From positions 96,001 through 160,000 of the forward strand of contig JBALDB010000005.1 in the NCBI GenBank assembly GCA_036918135.1: a DNA stretch of 64,000 bases. Direction: 5' to 3'. A program made the position numbers and the translations under genes. This document shows positions 11,521 through 21,826 of this stretch, piece by piece; position 1 is the first letter of the stretch, and the number at the start of each line of letters is the position of its first letter. Under the pieces are notes generated by a model. It was not told where the DNA came from. It was given only the letters and a program-made list of their open reading frames with translations, and did not search any database. This DNA comes from Nostoc sp. (GTDB lineage Bacteria; Cyanobacteriota; Cyanobacteriia; Cyanobacteriales; Nostocaceae).

Positions 11521-11611
11521 GGAGACTAGGGACTAGGGACTGGGGACTGCGGACTAGGGACTATTTTCCTAATATCCAGTACCCAGTACCCAGTACCCGG
11601 TACCCAGTCCC
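11521..11611. repeat. STRR-type heptamer repeats (GGGACTA / CAGTACC)
   Basis: Tandem 7-mers in two inverted blocks between treY and treH. Confidence 0.75.
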
Positions 11612-11612
11612 G

Positions 11613-14405
11613 TTAATCACTTACCAATAGAGCAACTGGAAAATGGGCGAGAGCAGATGCGATAGATAATGTTTCTTTGGCTTGTAAGGATTGTTCAGTT
11701 AAGACATTTTTCCAAGACAAGGAACTTCCAGAGGGTAATTGCAGATATGTATCTTTCCACACAGACTCGCCCAACGGATCTTCTCCAGGCTGAATCAGGC
11801 GAGTGAAAAAGCGAGGTGCGATGGCGATCGCTGTCTGATTCTCTAATTGTCGCGCAAAGGCAATAATATGATTAGCGTGAGTTCCCTGAATTTCTAACGG
11901 CAGATAATCTCCGTCTTGGAATAAGGAGAGATAATCTTTTCTGGCTTTGAGTAATTGTGCCGTTAAAAACAGTTTAATTCTACCGTCGGTTTTGTCCTTG
12001 AGCAACTCCGAAATCAATCCCAGAATGTCGGTTTTGATTTGCTTTTTAATGGCGCTGAGGTAACTTTGTCGCAGCTCGTAATCCACGGGACGGCGATTAT
12101 CTGGATCGACTAAACTTAATTCCCAAAGTTCAGTTCCCTGGTAAAAATCAGGTACGCCGGGTGCAATAGCCTTGAGTAGAGTCTGGGAAAGGGAATTGAA
12201 CATTCCATAGTAAGCAATTCGCTCTCCAAAAGGATGAAAGGCTTCGATAAATTGCCCGGAAATTGCAGGATTGAGTATTTTTTCTACAAACGAAGTGCAA
12301 GCTTCTTCATATTGGTTATCAGGTCGCAACCATGCAGTATGCACTTTCGCTTCACGAATTGCTTTAATCATGTAGTCCTTCACCCGTTCCACGAACGATT
12401 CCTGTTCGTCTTTGGCAAAAGGAAACGCACCCACTAGTGTTTGATAGAGAAAATACTCATCATTGCGATCGGGCATGGCAAATCCCTGGCGAACGCTGCG
12501 ATGTCCTTGATTATAATGACTCCAAATGTTGACTTGTTCTTCCCACGCTTCCGGCAATTCCGACAACACATTTAACCTGGCTCGCACATCTTCGCCGCGT
12601 TTGGTGTCGTGAGTGGCTGTGGTGTTCATCGTGTGCGGCCATGTTGCTTGATGCTTTTGGTTAAAACTGTGGAAGTCAGCAACAGGAATGCCAAAATGAC
12701 TGGGATTTCCGCCCACTTCATTGAGTGATATCAAGCGATTGTAAACATATAATGTTGTGTCTTCGACACCTTTGGCCATCAGGGGGCCGCTGTATTGCTG
12801 CATCCGCAAGACAAAATATATCCACTGTTCGCGTTCTGTTTGCGAAAGAGAATTATCAAATTCTAGCAGCATCAACTTTTCAATAAAAGTTAATTCATGC
12901 TGCAATAAAGGTGCTTGTTCTTTAGCTTGATTAATTACTTCTTGAATGGTATTTTTATCATTCTCCTCAATTCCATCGTGAGTAATATAGGTGCGGTAAA
13001 TTGGGAACAGTGCTAAAACTTCTGCGATCGCTCTTTTGAGTCCATTCAGGGTAAAGTCATTGCCGTAGCGATATTTGCTAGAAATATTCTTTAACAGCAC
13101 GGCTAAATTATCTATATCCCCTGCTAAGTTTCTCTCTAGAATCAGCTGCTTTTTAGCCTTGACCACCGATGAATAATCTGCTTTGGTACTGATAAAGGCA
13201 TGATAAATCTTATCAAACCAAGATTCTGTTTCCGTTTCACAAAATACGCCATTGATATAGTTCAAAAAGTCATATCCCGAAGTACCTTGAATCGGCCAAG
13301 TTTCTGGTAAATCTTCCGTGAGTTCTAAAATTTTTTCAACTGTGATGTAAACATCACCAGTCTTTTCCCGTAGTCTTTCGAGATACTGGAGTGGGTTATA
13401 AAGTCCATCAATATGGTCAACGCGTAAACCTGTAAATTTACCTTCTTCAACTAGATTTTGAATGAAGCCATGAGTGTTATGAAAAACCCGTACTTCCTCG
13501 ATTTTTACAGAAATCAATTCGTTAACAGTAAAGAACCGACGATAGTTCATTTCTTCCGCCCCTACCTTCCAGAAGGCTAGACGAAAAAACTGGTCGTTGA
13601 GTAAATCATCTAGCAGATTAAAGCTTTCAGAATTACCCGGTTCTCCGTTAAAAGTTTTGATGTTTTCGTCAATGAATTCGCGGATTGAATCGTTTGTGGT
13701 GTACAGTTCCCAAACTAATCCTTTGATAAAGGCAATTTGGTCTTGTCGCTGTTTACCTGCAACTTCTGAAGGCACATTTTTGAGAATGTAGAGAATCCCC
13801 AATAACTTAATAAAATCGGGATGATTGCGCCCCAACGTGCGCGTGAGTCTGCCGAGATTGTAGGTGAGAACTTTTGTGTAAGATTCTAACCGCAGCGGCA
13901 GTTTTAAGCTGTAATAATTAACAGTTAAACCGTTTTGTTCGTATTGCAGTTGAATGTGTCCATTTTCTAGGGATACACCATAGAAATCTCCCAATAGAGG
14001 AGCGAGAATTCGTTCTTGGCGATCGCCAAATGGTACATTCCAAGAAAGGTCGAAGTAATCAGTATAGCTGGAATCTGGCCCGTGTTCCAAGATATCCATT
14101 AAATACTCATTTTCGCTGCTATAGGCCATGTGGTTAGGCACAATATCTTGTAACCAACCCATTTCCAGGGATTGTATTTCACTGATTAATGCATCAAAGG
14201 ACTCATTAGTTCCCAATTCCGGGTTAAGTTGAGTGGGATCTACGATATCATACCCATGCGTACTACCAGAGCGCGCCTTGAAAATCGGAGAAGCATATAA
14301 ATCGGAAATGCCTAAATCTGAGAGATAAGAAGCGATCGCTTTTGCATTTTCAAAGCCAAACTGAGGCGTAAACTGAATTCGATAAGTTGCTCTTGGAATT
14401 CGCAT
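11613..14405 (-). CDS. treY: Malto-oligosyltrehalose synthase
   Basis: MRIPRATYRIQF start (ATG at 14405), STHGYD, DIVPNHM, RVDHIDG, HDTKRGED; the longer ORF-track N-terminus comes from the tandem repeat. Confidence 0.93.
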   Translation of the reverse strand: MRIPRATYRIQFTPQFGFENAKAIASYLSDLGISDLYASPIFKARSGSTHGYDIVDPTQLNPELGTNESFDALISEIQSLEMGWLQDIVPNHMAYSSENEYLMDILEHGPDSSYTDYFDLSWNVPFGDRQERILAPLLGDFYGVSLENGHIQLQYEQNGLTVNYYSLKLPLRLESYTKVLTYNLGRLTRTLGRNHPDFIKLLGILYILKNVPSEVAGKQRQDQIAFIKGLVWELYTTNDSIREFIDENIKTFNGEPGNSESFNLLDDLLNDQFFRLAFWKVGAEEMNYRRFFTVNELISVKIEEVRVFHNTHGFIQNLVEEGKFTGLRVDHIDGLYNPLQYLERLREKTGDVYITVEKILELTEDLPETWPIQGTSGYDFLNYINGVFCETETESWFDKIYHAFISTKADYSSVVKAKKQLILERNLAGDIDNLAVLLKNISSKYRYGNDFTLNGLKRAIAEVLALFPIYRTYITHDGIEENDKNTIQEVINQAKEQAPLLQHELTFIEKLMLLEFDNSLSQTEREQWIYFVLRMQQYSGPLMAKGVEDTTLYVYNRLISLNEVGGNPSHFGIPVADFHSFNQKHQATWPHTMNTTATHDTKRGEDVRARLNVLSELPEAWEEQVNIWSHYNQGHRSVRQGFAMPDRNDEYFLYQTLVGAFPFAKDEQESFVERVKDYMIKAIREAKVHTAWLRPDNQYEEACTSFVEKILNPAISGQFIEAFHPFGERIAYYGMFNSLSQTLLKAIAPGVPDFYQGTELWELSLVDPDNRRPVDYELRQSYLSAIKKQIKTDILGLISELLKDKTDGRIKLFLTAQLLKARKDYLSLFQDGDYLPLEIQGTHANHIIAFARQLENQTAIAIAPRFFTRLIQPGEDPLGESVWKDTYLQLPSGSSLSWKNVLTEQSLQAKETLSIASALAHFPVALLVSD

Positions 14406-14490
14406 ATTTGTTTCTCGTAAGAGTGCTAAGTGGTGAGTTAGGAGAGACGCGATTAACCCTTGTCTGTACAAGAGTTGGGAGTTTGAGGTT

Positions 14491-14800
14491 TTGAAACTCA
14501 GTGTTGAACCTCTGAAGCTCAAAGTTGAACCTTTGAACTCGAAAGTTGAACCTCTGAAGCTCAAAGTTGAACCTCTGAAGCTCAACGTTGAACCTTTGAA
14601 CTCGAAAGTTGAGCCTCTGAAGCTCAAAGTTGAACCTCTGAACTCGAAAGTTGAGCTTCTGAAGCTCAAAGTTGAGCCTCTGAAGCTCAAAGTTGAACCT
14701 CTGAAGCTCAACGTTGAACCTCTGAACTCGAAAGTTGAGCCTCTGAAGCTCAAAGTTGAACCTCTGAAGCTCAACGTTGAACCTTTAAAGCTGAAACTTT
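14491..14800. repeat. 21-bp tandem repeat, 14 units (gttgaacctctgaagctcaaa variants)
   Basis: Directly visible; translates as KVEPLKL/KVEPLNS on + and SFRGSTL/EFRGSTL on -. Confidence 0.95.
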
Positions 14801-14830
14801 AAGTTTTAGTCTTCCCACTCTTAACTCATA

Positions 14831-14929
14831 AGGGACTGACAAACAAAAAATATCCCACTGTTGGCGGTCAATAGTCAACAGTCATCAGCCATCAACTTCA
14901 AATGAGACAATTTATTTGTTGTAATTCTT
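14831..14929. mobile_element. MITE-like small repeat (gggactgacaaacaaaaaatat... family), copy 1
   Basis: Similar to 31584-31669 (gacaaa.aaaaaatat...cagtcatca...tcaacttcaaa...aatttattt). Confidence 0.5.
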
Positions 14930-14936
14930 TGACTTA

Positions 14937-16784
14937 CTAACTCTTTTCATACAGTACTAAACTAATGGGTTGCAATTTTACTTCCTCTCCCGCAGATACA
15001 GATTCAGGGGCTTGAGAACCAGGCCCAGACCATGAGGTGTCTGCTGAATCTAATAGTTTGTGAGCATTATATTGAATTGGCAAAGCCACGCTTACAGGAG
15101 ACGAATTAAAATTCAATACAAATATTAGTTCACTCGTTTCATACGAACGACGCACGATAACCAATTGCTTATCTTCATCGCCAGTGGCTTGGATAGAGTT
15201 GCGCTCTTGGTTAAGAAGTACTGGATGGGTTTTGCGTAAATTAATTAATTGGCGATACCAATCCCACAAAACTTTGTGGTTACCTTCGTTGCGTAATTCC
15301 CAGTTGAGTTTACACTTTAAGAAAGTTTCTGCGGATTCGGGATCTGGTGGATCTTCGTCGTAGTGAAATGCTTCAAATTCTTGTTTGCGTCCGGCTCGAA
15401 CTGCTTGAATTAAATCTAGGTCGGAGTGACTGACAAAGTACATGAAAGGAGCGGTTTCGCCGTATTCTTCTCCCATGAATAATAACGGCAAATTAGGTGA
15501 TAGTAGCACAGCACCAGCAGCTAATTTTAGTCCTTCAAAAGAGATGCGCGCTGTGAGGCGTTCTCCATGCATTTGGTTGCCGATTTGATCGTGATTTTGA
15601 ATGCAGATTAAAAACTGTGACAAAGAACGATCGCGGCAAGATACGCCATGAAATCGTTTGCGATCGGGGGAGTATTTCCAATCGTAAACAAAAGTATCTT
15701 GATAAGATTTTGCTAGGTCGGCAAATGTGCCAAAATCCTGATAATATCCTTGGCGATCGCCTGTTAAAACTGCATGTAATGAATGGTGAAAATCATCGCT
15801 CCATTGGGCATCGAGTCCATATCCACCCAATTCTGCCGGACGAATTATTTGCGGATTATTTAAATCGCTTTCGGCAATTAAATGGCGTTTCCATCTTTGC
15901 CCTTGTTGGGAAAAATGATGAACGGCTTCCGCTAATTCCCACAAAAAATGCTTTGCTCCCAAGTCATAAATTGCTTGAATTGCATCTAACCGCAATGCAT
16001 CAATGTGGAATTCGCCCAACCAATAAACCGCATTTTGAATAAAATAATTTCGCACGCCCATACTCATGGCATTATCGAAATTCATCGCATTGCCCCAAGG
16101 CGTTTTATAAGTTTCGGTAAAGTAGGGTGCGAACTGATTCATGTAATTCCCTTCAGGCCCAAAGTGGTTGAACACCACATCCAGCACAACAGCGATACCG
16201 TTTTCGTGGCAAGCATTTACCAGTTGTTTGAGATCGGCTGGGCTACCGTAGGAATTTTGTACAGCATACAGATAAACGCCATCATAGCCCCAGTTCCGGT
16301 ATGCCAAAGCAGGCTCAACATGGGTATCTCCCGGAAATTGGGAAATGGGCATAATTTCAATAGCGTTAATTCCCAGTTCTCGCAGTTCAGGTAAACGGGA
16401 AATAATAGCGGTGAAGGTGCCTTCAGGCGTAAATGTCCCGACATGAACTTCATAGAAAATCATTGACTCCACAGAAATCCCAGTCCATCCTTCATCTGTC
16501 CATTCAAATTGATGATCGACAATTTGAGATGGGCCATGTACGCCTTCAGGTTGATACTGCGACGCCGGATCGGGAAAGGCGTTTTCCTCATTTATTACAT
16601 ACTTATAAAGTGTTCCCGGATACACATCATTTACCTTCGTCTGCCAGTATCCCTCTGCTTGAGGTTTAAGCGCAATTACGTGCGGTTCTGGCGTCAATAT
16701 TTGCACAGCAACGCTATCTAATGTTGGAGACCAAACTGTAAATTCACACTCTCCGTTACCCAAATAATTTGCACCAATTCTCAC
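14937..16784 (-). CDS. treZ: Malto-oligosyltrehalose trehalohydrolase
   Basis: GH13 motifs NWGYDGV, DVVFNHFGPEGNY, LRLDA, QNHDQIGN. Confidence 0.95.
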   Translation of the reverse strand: MRIGANYLGNGECEFTVWSPTLDSVAVQILTPEPHVIALKPQAEGYWQTKVNDVYPGTLYKYVINEENAFPDPASQYQPEGVHGPSQIVDHQFEWTDEGWTGISVESMIFYEVHVGTFTPEGTFTAIISRLPELRELGINAIEIMPISQFPGDTHVEPALAYRNWGYDGVYLYAVQNSYGSPADLKQLVNACHENGIAVVLDVVFNHFGPEGNYMNQFAPYFTETYKTPWGNAMNFDNAMSMGVRNYFIQNAVYWLGEFHIDALRLDAIQAIYDLGAKHFLWELAEAVHHFSQQGQRWKRHLIAESDLNNPQIIRPAELGGYGLDAQWSDDFHHSLHAVLTGDRQGYYQDFGTFADLAKSYQDTFVYDWKYSPDRKRFHGVSCRDRSLSQFLICIQNHDQIGNQMHGERLTARISFEGLKLAAGAVLLSPNLPLLFMGEEYGETAPFMYFVSHSDLDLIQAVRAGRKQEFEAFHYDEDPPDPESAETFLKCKLNWELRNEGNHKVLWDWYRQLINLRKTHPVLLNQERNSIQATGDEDKQLVIVRRSYETSELIFVLNFNSSPVSVALPIQYNAHKLLDSADTSWSGPGSQAPESVSAGEEVKLQPISLVLYEKS

Positions 16785-17030
16785 AGAGATTCTCCACTCT
16801 AATAATGTTATGTGCTGGATTTTGGCGTCAGAGTAACTTCATGTTACATGAACTTTACAAACACGCCAAATAGGATCATGATTTTTCTACCAGACTTTTT
16901 ACTAGTATCCCAGGGCTGAATATTATTAGTACAGAACTCTGTCTAATGATTAAATTTACTCAACAATAAGGGTGTAGGTAATAAATCAGTGGGGGCTTGT
17001 ACTCTGTTGGTTTGTGAGCAGAGTGTTAAC

Positions 17031-17435
17031 TTATGGCTTGCAGCTACCATCAACACAATATGCAGATTCATAAGTACTAGAACGCTTACCAAAGATAGTG
17101 TAGCGACGATCGCGGAGTTGTTCGTAAAAGCGATCGCCTGCCCACTTGATCCCCGGTAACGCCCGATAAGCGTCTACAAATATACTTCCTACTGGCAATA
17201 ACCGCCCAATTTCTTCTGCTGCATTACTACCTTGCCAACGTCTTGAAAGGTTGTTGCCATCGATTAAAATCATTCCCTGTTCGCAATCACAAGCTGTAAT
17301 TCCCCACTTTAAAAGTTGCTGTTCGTCTTGCATGGGAGTGTATTGAAACAGCTTTCCCCGATCTAAGTTTTCTAGCAATTGTACTAAGGTAACGCAGAGA
17401 TTACAATTTCCGTCGTAGATTACGTAGTAAGTCAT
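17031..17435 (-). CDS. DCC1-like thiol-disulfide oxidoreductase (DUF393)
   Basis: N-terminal YDGNCNLC (DxxCxxC) motif. Confidence 0.85.
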   Translation of the reverse strand: MTYYVIYDGNCNLCVTLVQLLENLDRGKLFQYTPMQDEQQLLKWGITACDCEQGMILIDGNNLSRRWQGSNAAEEIGRLLPVGSIFVDAYRALPGIKWAGDRFYEQLRDRRYTIFGKRSSTYESAYCVDGSCKP

Positions 17436-17473
17436 GGAAATAAAGGTCTATTTGGAATGATATTTTTAAACTA

Positions 17474-17644
17474 ACATCAAGTTCAGCTAATTACTTACAA
17501 TATGGTTGGTAATTGGGAAAAAGGTAATAGGGAAAAAGGTAATTGCCTTGAAGTGAACAGTTGTGTTTTCTTACCCATTCCCCATTCTCTATTACGCATT
17601 ACCGACCCTCACAGATATCATAAGTATTCAATCAGACATGATAT
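17474..17644. mobile_element. MITE-like element (ATATCAAGTTCGGCTAATTACT family)
   Basis: Imperfect terminal inverted repeats; homologous to 38346-38538 and 31471-31583. Confidence 0.65.
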
Positions 17645-17655
17645 AACATCTGGCG

Positions 17656-20600
17656 TTATGAGACTTTATTGTCATGCAAAAGATTGACGATCGCACTAAT
17701 CAATTTCTCAGGCACGACTGGTTTAGTCAGGTGGATTTGAAATCCTGCGGCGATTGCCTGTTGTCGATCTAATTCTCTGGCATAAGCAGTTAGGGCGATG
17801 GCTTGAATCATTCCTCCTCGTTCGGGTGGGCGCGAGCGAATCTGCCGCATCAGCATATAGCCATCCATCTGTGCCATGCCCACATCGCTGATAATTATAT
17901 CGGGAATCAACCGATCTAGCATTGACAATGCTTCCAAACCGGAGGCAACATCTGTCACCTTCGCGCCGCTTTGTTGGAGCAGAAATGCCTGAAACTCGCG
18001 AGTATCAGTATCGTCATCCACAAGTAAAATTTGAATGTTGTCTAAAGGTGCTTCTGGCTGGGCTGGGCTGGGGGTTGGTTCAGAGATGCTCACCTTTGTC
18101 TGCTGCATAGCAGGTAATTGCACAATAAAGGTAGTACCTTGATTCGCTCCTTGACTTTCTGCCCGAACCGTGCCGTTGTGCATCTCCACAATTTGCCGCA
18201 CGATCGCTAGCCCTAATCCCAATCCCCCAAACCTGCGCGTCGTCGAGCCATCTTCTTGCCGGAAATACTCAAACACATGGGGGAGGAACTGCGGATTGAT
18301 GCCAATTCCTGTATCGATTACCCGAATCTGTGCCAGTCCGTCTAGTTGCCGCAGTTCAACGGTTACTCGTCCGCCATTTGGTGTAAATTTGACTGCATTA
18401 GTAAGTAAGTTCCACACGACTTGCTGTAAGCGGGCAGCATCGCCATAGACAACGCCAACAGTGGGATCGAGGTCAAGCACGATCCCAATCTGTTTTGCCT
18501 CGGCTGCCAAACGCACGGTTTCAATAGCCGCAGAAATCACAAAGGTCAAACTGACACGAGCTTTTGTTAAGGACAGCTTGCCTTGGAGAATCCGGGAGAT
18601 GTCCAGCAAGTCTTCGATTAGTTGCGTTTGGAGTTTGGCATTGCGCTCAATCGTTGCCAGTGCTTCGGCTTGACGGGTTGCGTCGAGTTTACCCTTTTGC
18701 AGTAAGCCTGTCCAGCCTAAAATTGGATTCAGGGGCGATCGCAATTCATGAGACAGCACCGCCAAAAATTCATCTTTAATCCGGTTTGCTTGCTCGGCTG
18801 CTTCTCGTGCAGCTTGTTCCCGTGCCAAAAGCTGTTCTCGTTCTGTTTCAGCCTGTTTGCGATTGGTGATGTCGTAGGAAACTGCCAGTACTGCCTCAAC
18901 CTCATTTTGCTCGTTGTACAGAGGTGTACCATGAGAAATGTAGTGGCGATCGTGGCTGAAATGCTCCCAACTGAATGGTTCGCCGCCGAGGGCTTGGCGA
19001 AAGTAAGGTTCATAACAAGTTGCCATCTCTGGGTCAAGGGCTTCCCAAATGGTTTTGCCCACCAAATCCGCAGAAGTCATGCCTGCCTCCTCAATCGCTT
19101 TGCCCTCTGCCAGTTGATAGCGCAAATCGCGATCTACAATGAAGGCAGCTCCATTCGGCAAGTTAGCGGCGACTGCACGCAGGCGGGCTTCGCTTTGAAG
19201 CAGGGCAATTTCTGCTTGTTTGCGCTCAGTGATGTCAAGTGACATACCAACCATTTGCAGCGGAGTTCCGTCGGTGTCATAGAGCGTACAGCCTCGCACA
19301 AATGCCCAGTGGAGACTGCCATCGTCCCAAATAGTGCGGTACTCCACGTCGTAATCTGAGTGCTGTTCGATCGCCTGCTGAATCGCCTCCTGTACCCAAC
19401 CTCGATCCTGCGGGTGAATCCGCTCGATTAAGACTTGATGGGAAAAATCAGCATCCGGCAAAAAACCATAGTTTGCTTTGCATTGATCTGAAGAGGACAA
19501 TGTGTTGGTCTTCAGGTCTAGCTGCCAGGAACCGAGTTTTCCAGTCTTTAAAGCTAACTTCAAATGCTGTTCGCTTAGGCGCAGTAATTCTTCAGCTTGT
19601 TTGCGTAAGCGCAGCTCGTTGTAGACATCAGTGATGTTAGCGAACAGGACGGCAAACTTGTGTTCTTGCGGCTCACCAATAGGAAAGGCATTGACATTAA
19701 ACCACCCCTTGAGTGCAACAGATTGATTTTCTAACCGAATTGGTTCGCCTGTTAACACGACTCTACCGTAAATTTCGATCCAGTAATTTTCTAGATTGGG
19801 GGCGAGCTCCCGCGCCGTTTTCCCTATGGCTTGCTTGAGTCCCATTATTTTTTCAAATGCTGGATTGACTTCAAGCACTCGATAATCAGTTGGTTCTCCG
19901 TTGGAGTCAAACAGCATTTGGCAAATGCACAACCCTTCATCAATTGTCTCGAACAATCTGCGATACTCATGCTCGCTCTGTTGCAAAGCAGCTTCAGCAG
20001 TTTTGCGTTCGCTCACATCTCGAAAATAAATGGATAACCCTTCTTCATGTGGATAGCAATGGCATTCAAACCAGACATCCAATGGCGGATAAAACGCTTC
20101 TAAACCAACACTCACCTGCTGTTGATGTGCTGGAGGAATACCCAAAGGGGATGAGGGAGAATTTACTTCCTCAGATTTGCGTTCTCGTTCGTAAGCGCGA
20201 GCATTGGCGATCGCTTTCGATACCTGCCCTGCTACCAGACTCAGAAATTCCCGATAATCTTCATCTAAAGGGCGACGGGGACTAATACCTGCAACTAGAA
20301 ACCCCACTGGGCGTTCCTCAATCTGCCCTTCCAAGGGCAAGACAACAGCCGTTACAGGCGATTCACTCCAATGACCACCAGGCAAATCCCCGAATCGCTG
20401 TTGCAAATCGTCTACCTGCTGGATTGCTGCATTTGGCAATGACCATACTGGCGGCTGTGCGGTTAAATCAATCTCCACTGGACTGGCCGTTGTGCCAGGT
20501 TCCAGGTTCACCCAGCCCGCCAGCTGCGCTCGTTGACGGCTAGCATCTAGTAAATAAAATAATCCAAAGGGAATATCGAAGGAGTTACTTGCCAAAACTT

Positions 20601-21180
20601 CAGCGGCAATTTCACAGGCAACTTCGGGCGATCGCGCTTCTAAAGCACGGGCAGCAAGGTCGCCCAGCGTTTGCAGTCGCCGCCCACTGATTACCTTGCT
20701 TGTTGTCTGAGTCTGGGTAACGAGAATGCCTGCTACCTCACCGTTGTCCTCCCAAAGTGGTGAAAAGGAACTCAAGCAATAGTTTTCTTCGAGATAGCCA
20801 TGTCGGTAAACCGAGTAAAGCCGATCCTCTAAGGTCAGAGCTTGGCGGCTATTGCGGACTTGCTCAAACAGGGGCTTGACAAATTCCCACATTTCGGCAC
20901 AAGTTTTTGAATATGACTTGCCTAACATCCCAGGATGATTGTCACCTGCGAGCGCAATCAAGGCATCGTTGTAAATCTGAACATACTCTTCCCCCCAGAA
21001 CAGGCACATGGGAAAGCTGTTTGCCAGTGCCATGTTGACAACTGAGCGCAGGCTTGGCGACCAGGTTGTGATTGCCCCTACTGCCGTTTGTGACCAGTCC
21101 AATGCGCGGATGCGATCGCCCATTTCCCCGCCACCCACCAACCACTCGCTTGTCTTGCTTCTTGATACTTGCTCAATCAT
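17656..21180 (-). CDS. Hybrid PAS/GAF sensor histidine kinase with receiver domain
   Basis: GGGEMG N-terminus, GAF, several PAS/PAC, LSHELRSPL, N/G boxes, C-terminal REC; ATG at 21180 preferred over TTG at 21195. Confidence 0.92.
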   Translation of the reverse strand: MIEQVSRSKTSEWLVGGGEMGDRIRALDWSQTAVGAITTWSPSLRSVVNMALANSFPMCLFWGEEYVQIYNDALIALAGDNHPGMLGKSYSKTCAEMWEFVKPLFEQVRNSRQALTLEDRLYSVYRHGYLEENYCLSSFSPLWEDNGEVAGILVTQTQTTSKVISGRRLQTLGDLAARALEARSPEVACEIAAEVLASNSFDIPFGLFYLLDASRQRAQLAGWVNLEPGTTASPVEIDLTAQPPVWSLPNAAIQQVDDLQQRFGDLPGGHWSESPVTAVVLPLEGQIEERPVGFLVAGISPRRPLDEDYREFLSLVAGQVSKAIANARAYERERKSEEVNSPSSPLGIPPAHQQQVSVGLEAFYPPLDVWFECHCYPHEEGLSIYFRDVSERKTAEAALQQSEHEYRRLFETIDEGLCICQMLFDSNGEPTDYRVLEVNPAFEKIMGLKQAIGKTARELAPNLENYWIEIYGRVVLTGEPIRLENQSVALKGWFNVNAFPIGEPQEHKFAVLFANITDVYNELRLRKQAEELLRLSEQHLKLALKTGKLGSWQLDLKTNTLSSSDQCKANYGFLPDADFSHQVLIERIHPQDRGWVQEAIQQAIEQHSDYDVEYRTIWDDGSLHWAFVRGCTLYDTDGTPLQMVGMSLDITERKQAEIALLQSEARLRAVAANLPNGAAFIVDRDLRYQLAEGKAIEEAGMTSADLVGKTIWEALDPEMATCYEPYFRQALGGEPFSWEHFSHDRHYISHGTPLYNEQNEVEAVLAVSYDITNRKQAETEREQLLAREQAAREAAEQANRIKDEFLAVLSHELRSPLNPILGWTGLLQKGKLDATRQAEALATIERNAKLQTQLIEDLLDISRILQGKLSLTKARVSLTFVISAAIETVRLAAEAKQIGIVLDLDPTVGVVYGDAARLQQVVWNLLTNAVKFTPNGGRVTVELRQLDGLAQIRVIDTGIGINPQFLPHVFEYFRQEDGSTTRRFGGLGLGLAIVRQIVEMHNGTVRAESQGANQGTTFIVQLPAMQQTKVSISEPTPSPAQPEAPLDNIQILLVDDDTDTREFQAFLLQQSGAKVTDVASGLEALSMLDRLIPDIIISDVGMAQMDGYMLMRQIRSRPPERGGMIQAIALTAYARELDRQQAIAAGFQIHLTKPVVPEKLISAIVNLLHDNKVS
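19606..19626. repeat. 21-nt small dispersed repeat inserted in-frame in the kinase
   Basis: gtctacaacgagctgcgctta splits gat|cgc, adding VYNELRL into the ITD-RKQAE PAC linker. Confidence 0.65.
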
Positions 21181-21195
21181 TCCCACTTCTCCCAA

Positions 21196-21305
21196 TTAGG
21201 AATGCGATCGCCCGAATTAATGCTTCCGGCTTTACAGGTTTTGCTAACTAAATGCTGTTGAAATTTGGCTTCTAAGGCTTACTGCTGGTTGAAGTCTCCA
21301 GCATC
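21196..21305 (-). pseudogene. Remnant C-terminus of a receiver domain
   Basis: DAGDFNQQ*ALEAKFQQHL / AKPVKPEALIRAIA, with a stop and a frameshift; resembles the end of hybrid-kinase REC domains. Confidence 0.6.
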
Positions 21306-21408
21306 AACACGTCAGGGCCGATCGCATGACTCGCCCGATCTCGGCTTTGCCCGCGAAGATGTCTTAAGAGTTTACTGCCCTCGTTTTTTGAGTCACAGTC
21401 TCCACTCC

Positions 21409-21666
21409 TCATTCTTCAAAGTATTTAGCTAACAGCTCCCTCCCACATTCACGGACTGTTGCCTTTGACGAATTACTCATAGAGTGCAGCAACCCCTCAA
21501 CTTGCTTCAAAGCTAAAGATGAAGGCACTGCACGCCCATTTTCCCAGCGATTCACAGTACGAAATGAAACCCCCAATTTAGCAGCCAACTTTTCTTGAGA
21601 AAAACCAAGCTGCTGCCGAACCTCACGAATTAAATTGGCGACTTCCAATGGCATCATTAATGACAT
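21409..21666 (-). CDS. XRE-family helix-turn-helix regulator
   Basis: IREVRQQLGFSQEKLAAKLGVSFRTVNRWENG; start moved to ATG 21666. Confidence 0.85.
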   Translation of the reverse strand: MSLMMPLEVANLIREVRQQLGFSQEKLAAKLGVSFRTVNRWENGRAVPSSLALKQVEGLLHSMSNSSKATVRECGRELLAKYFEE

Positions 21667-21826
21667 TGCTGAACCTAACCTCTTGTTATCACCGTTACCT
21701 CTTATCGATTGGCATTGTACAACAAAAAATAGGACAGGTGTCATACCGCCTGTTATCAGGGAAGTGTGGGGAGATGGGAGATGGAAAGACGCAAGGACGC
21801 GAGGACTAATGACAAATGACTCCTTT

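Noticed and set aside
11613..14774. 1053-aa TreY as given in the ORF track
   Set aside because: TreY similarity begins at MRIPRATYR (14405); the extension is repeat-derived with a TTG start. Kept only as a testable possibility.
14491..14802. 21-bp array as a CRISPR array or a real 103-aa plus-strand protein
   Set aside because: Units are contiguous with no spacers; the ORF is a by-product of a stop-free repeat, antisense to the tre operon.
16833..16847. NtcA site upstream of treZ (gtaacttcatgttac)
   Set aside because: Spacing is GTA-N9-TAC rather than N8.
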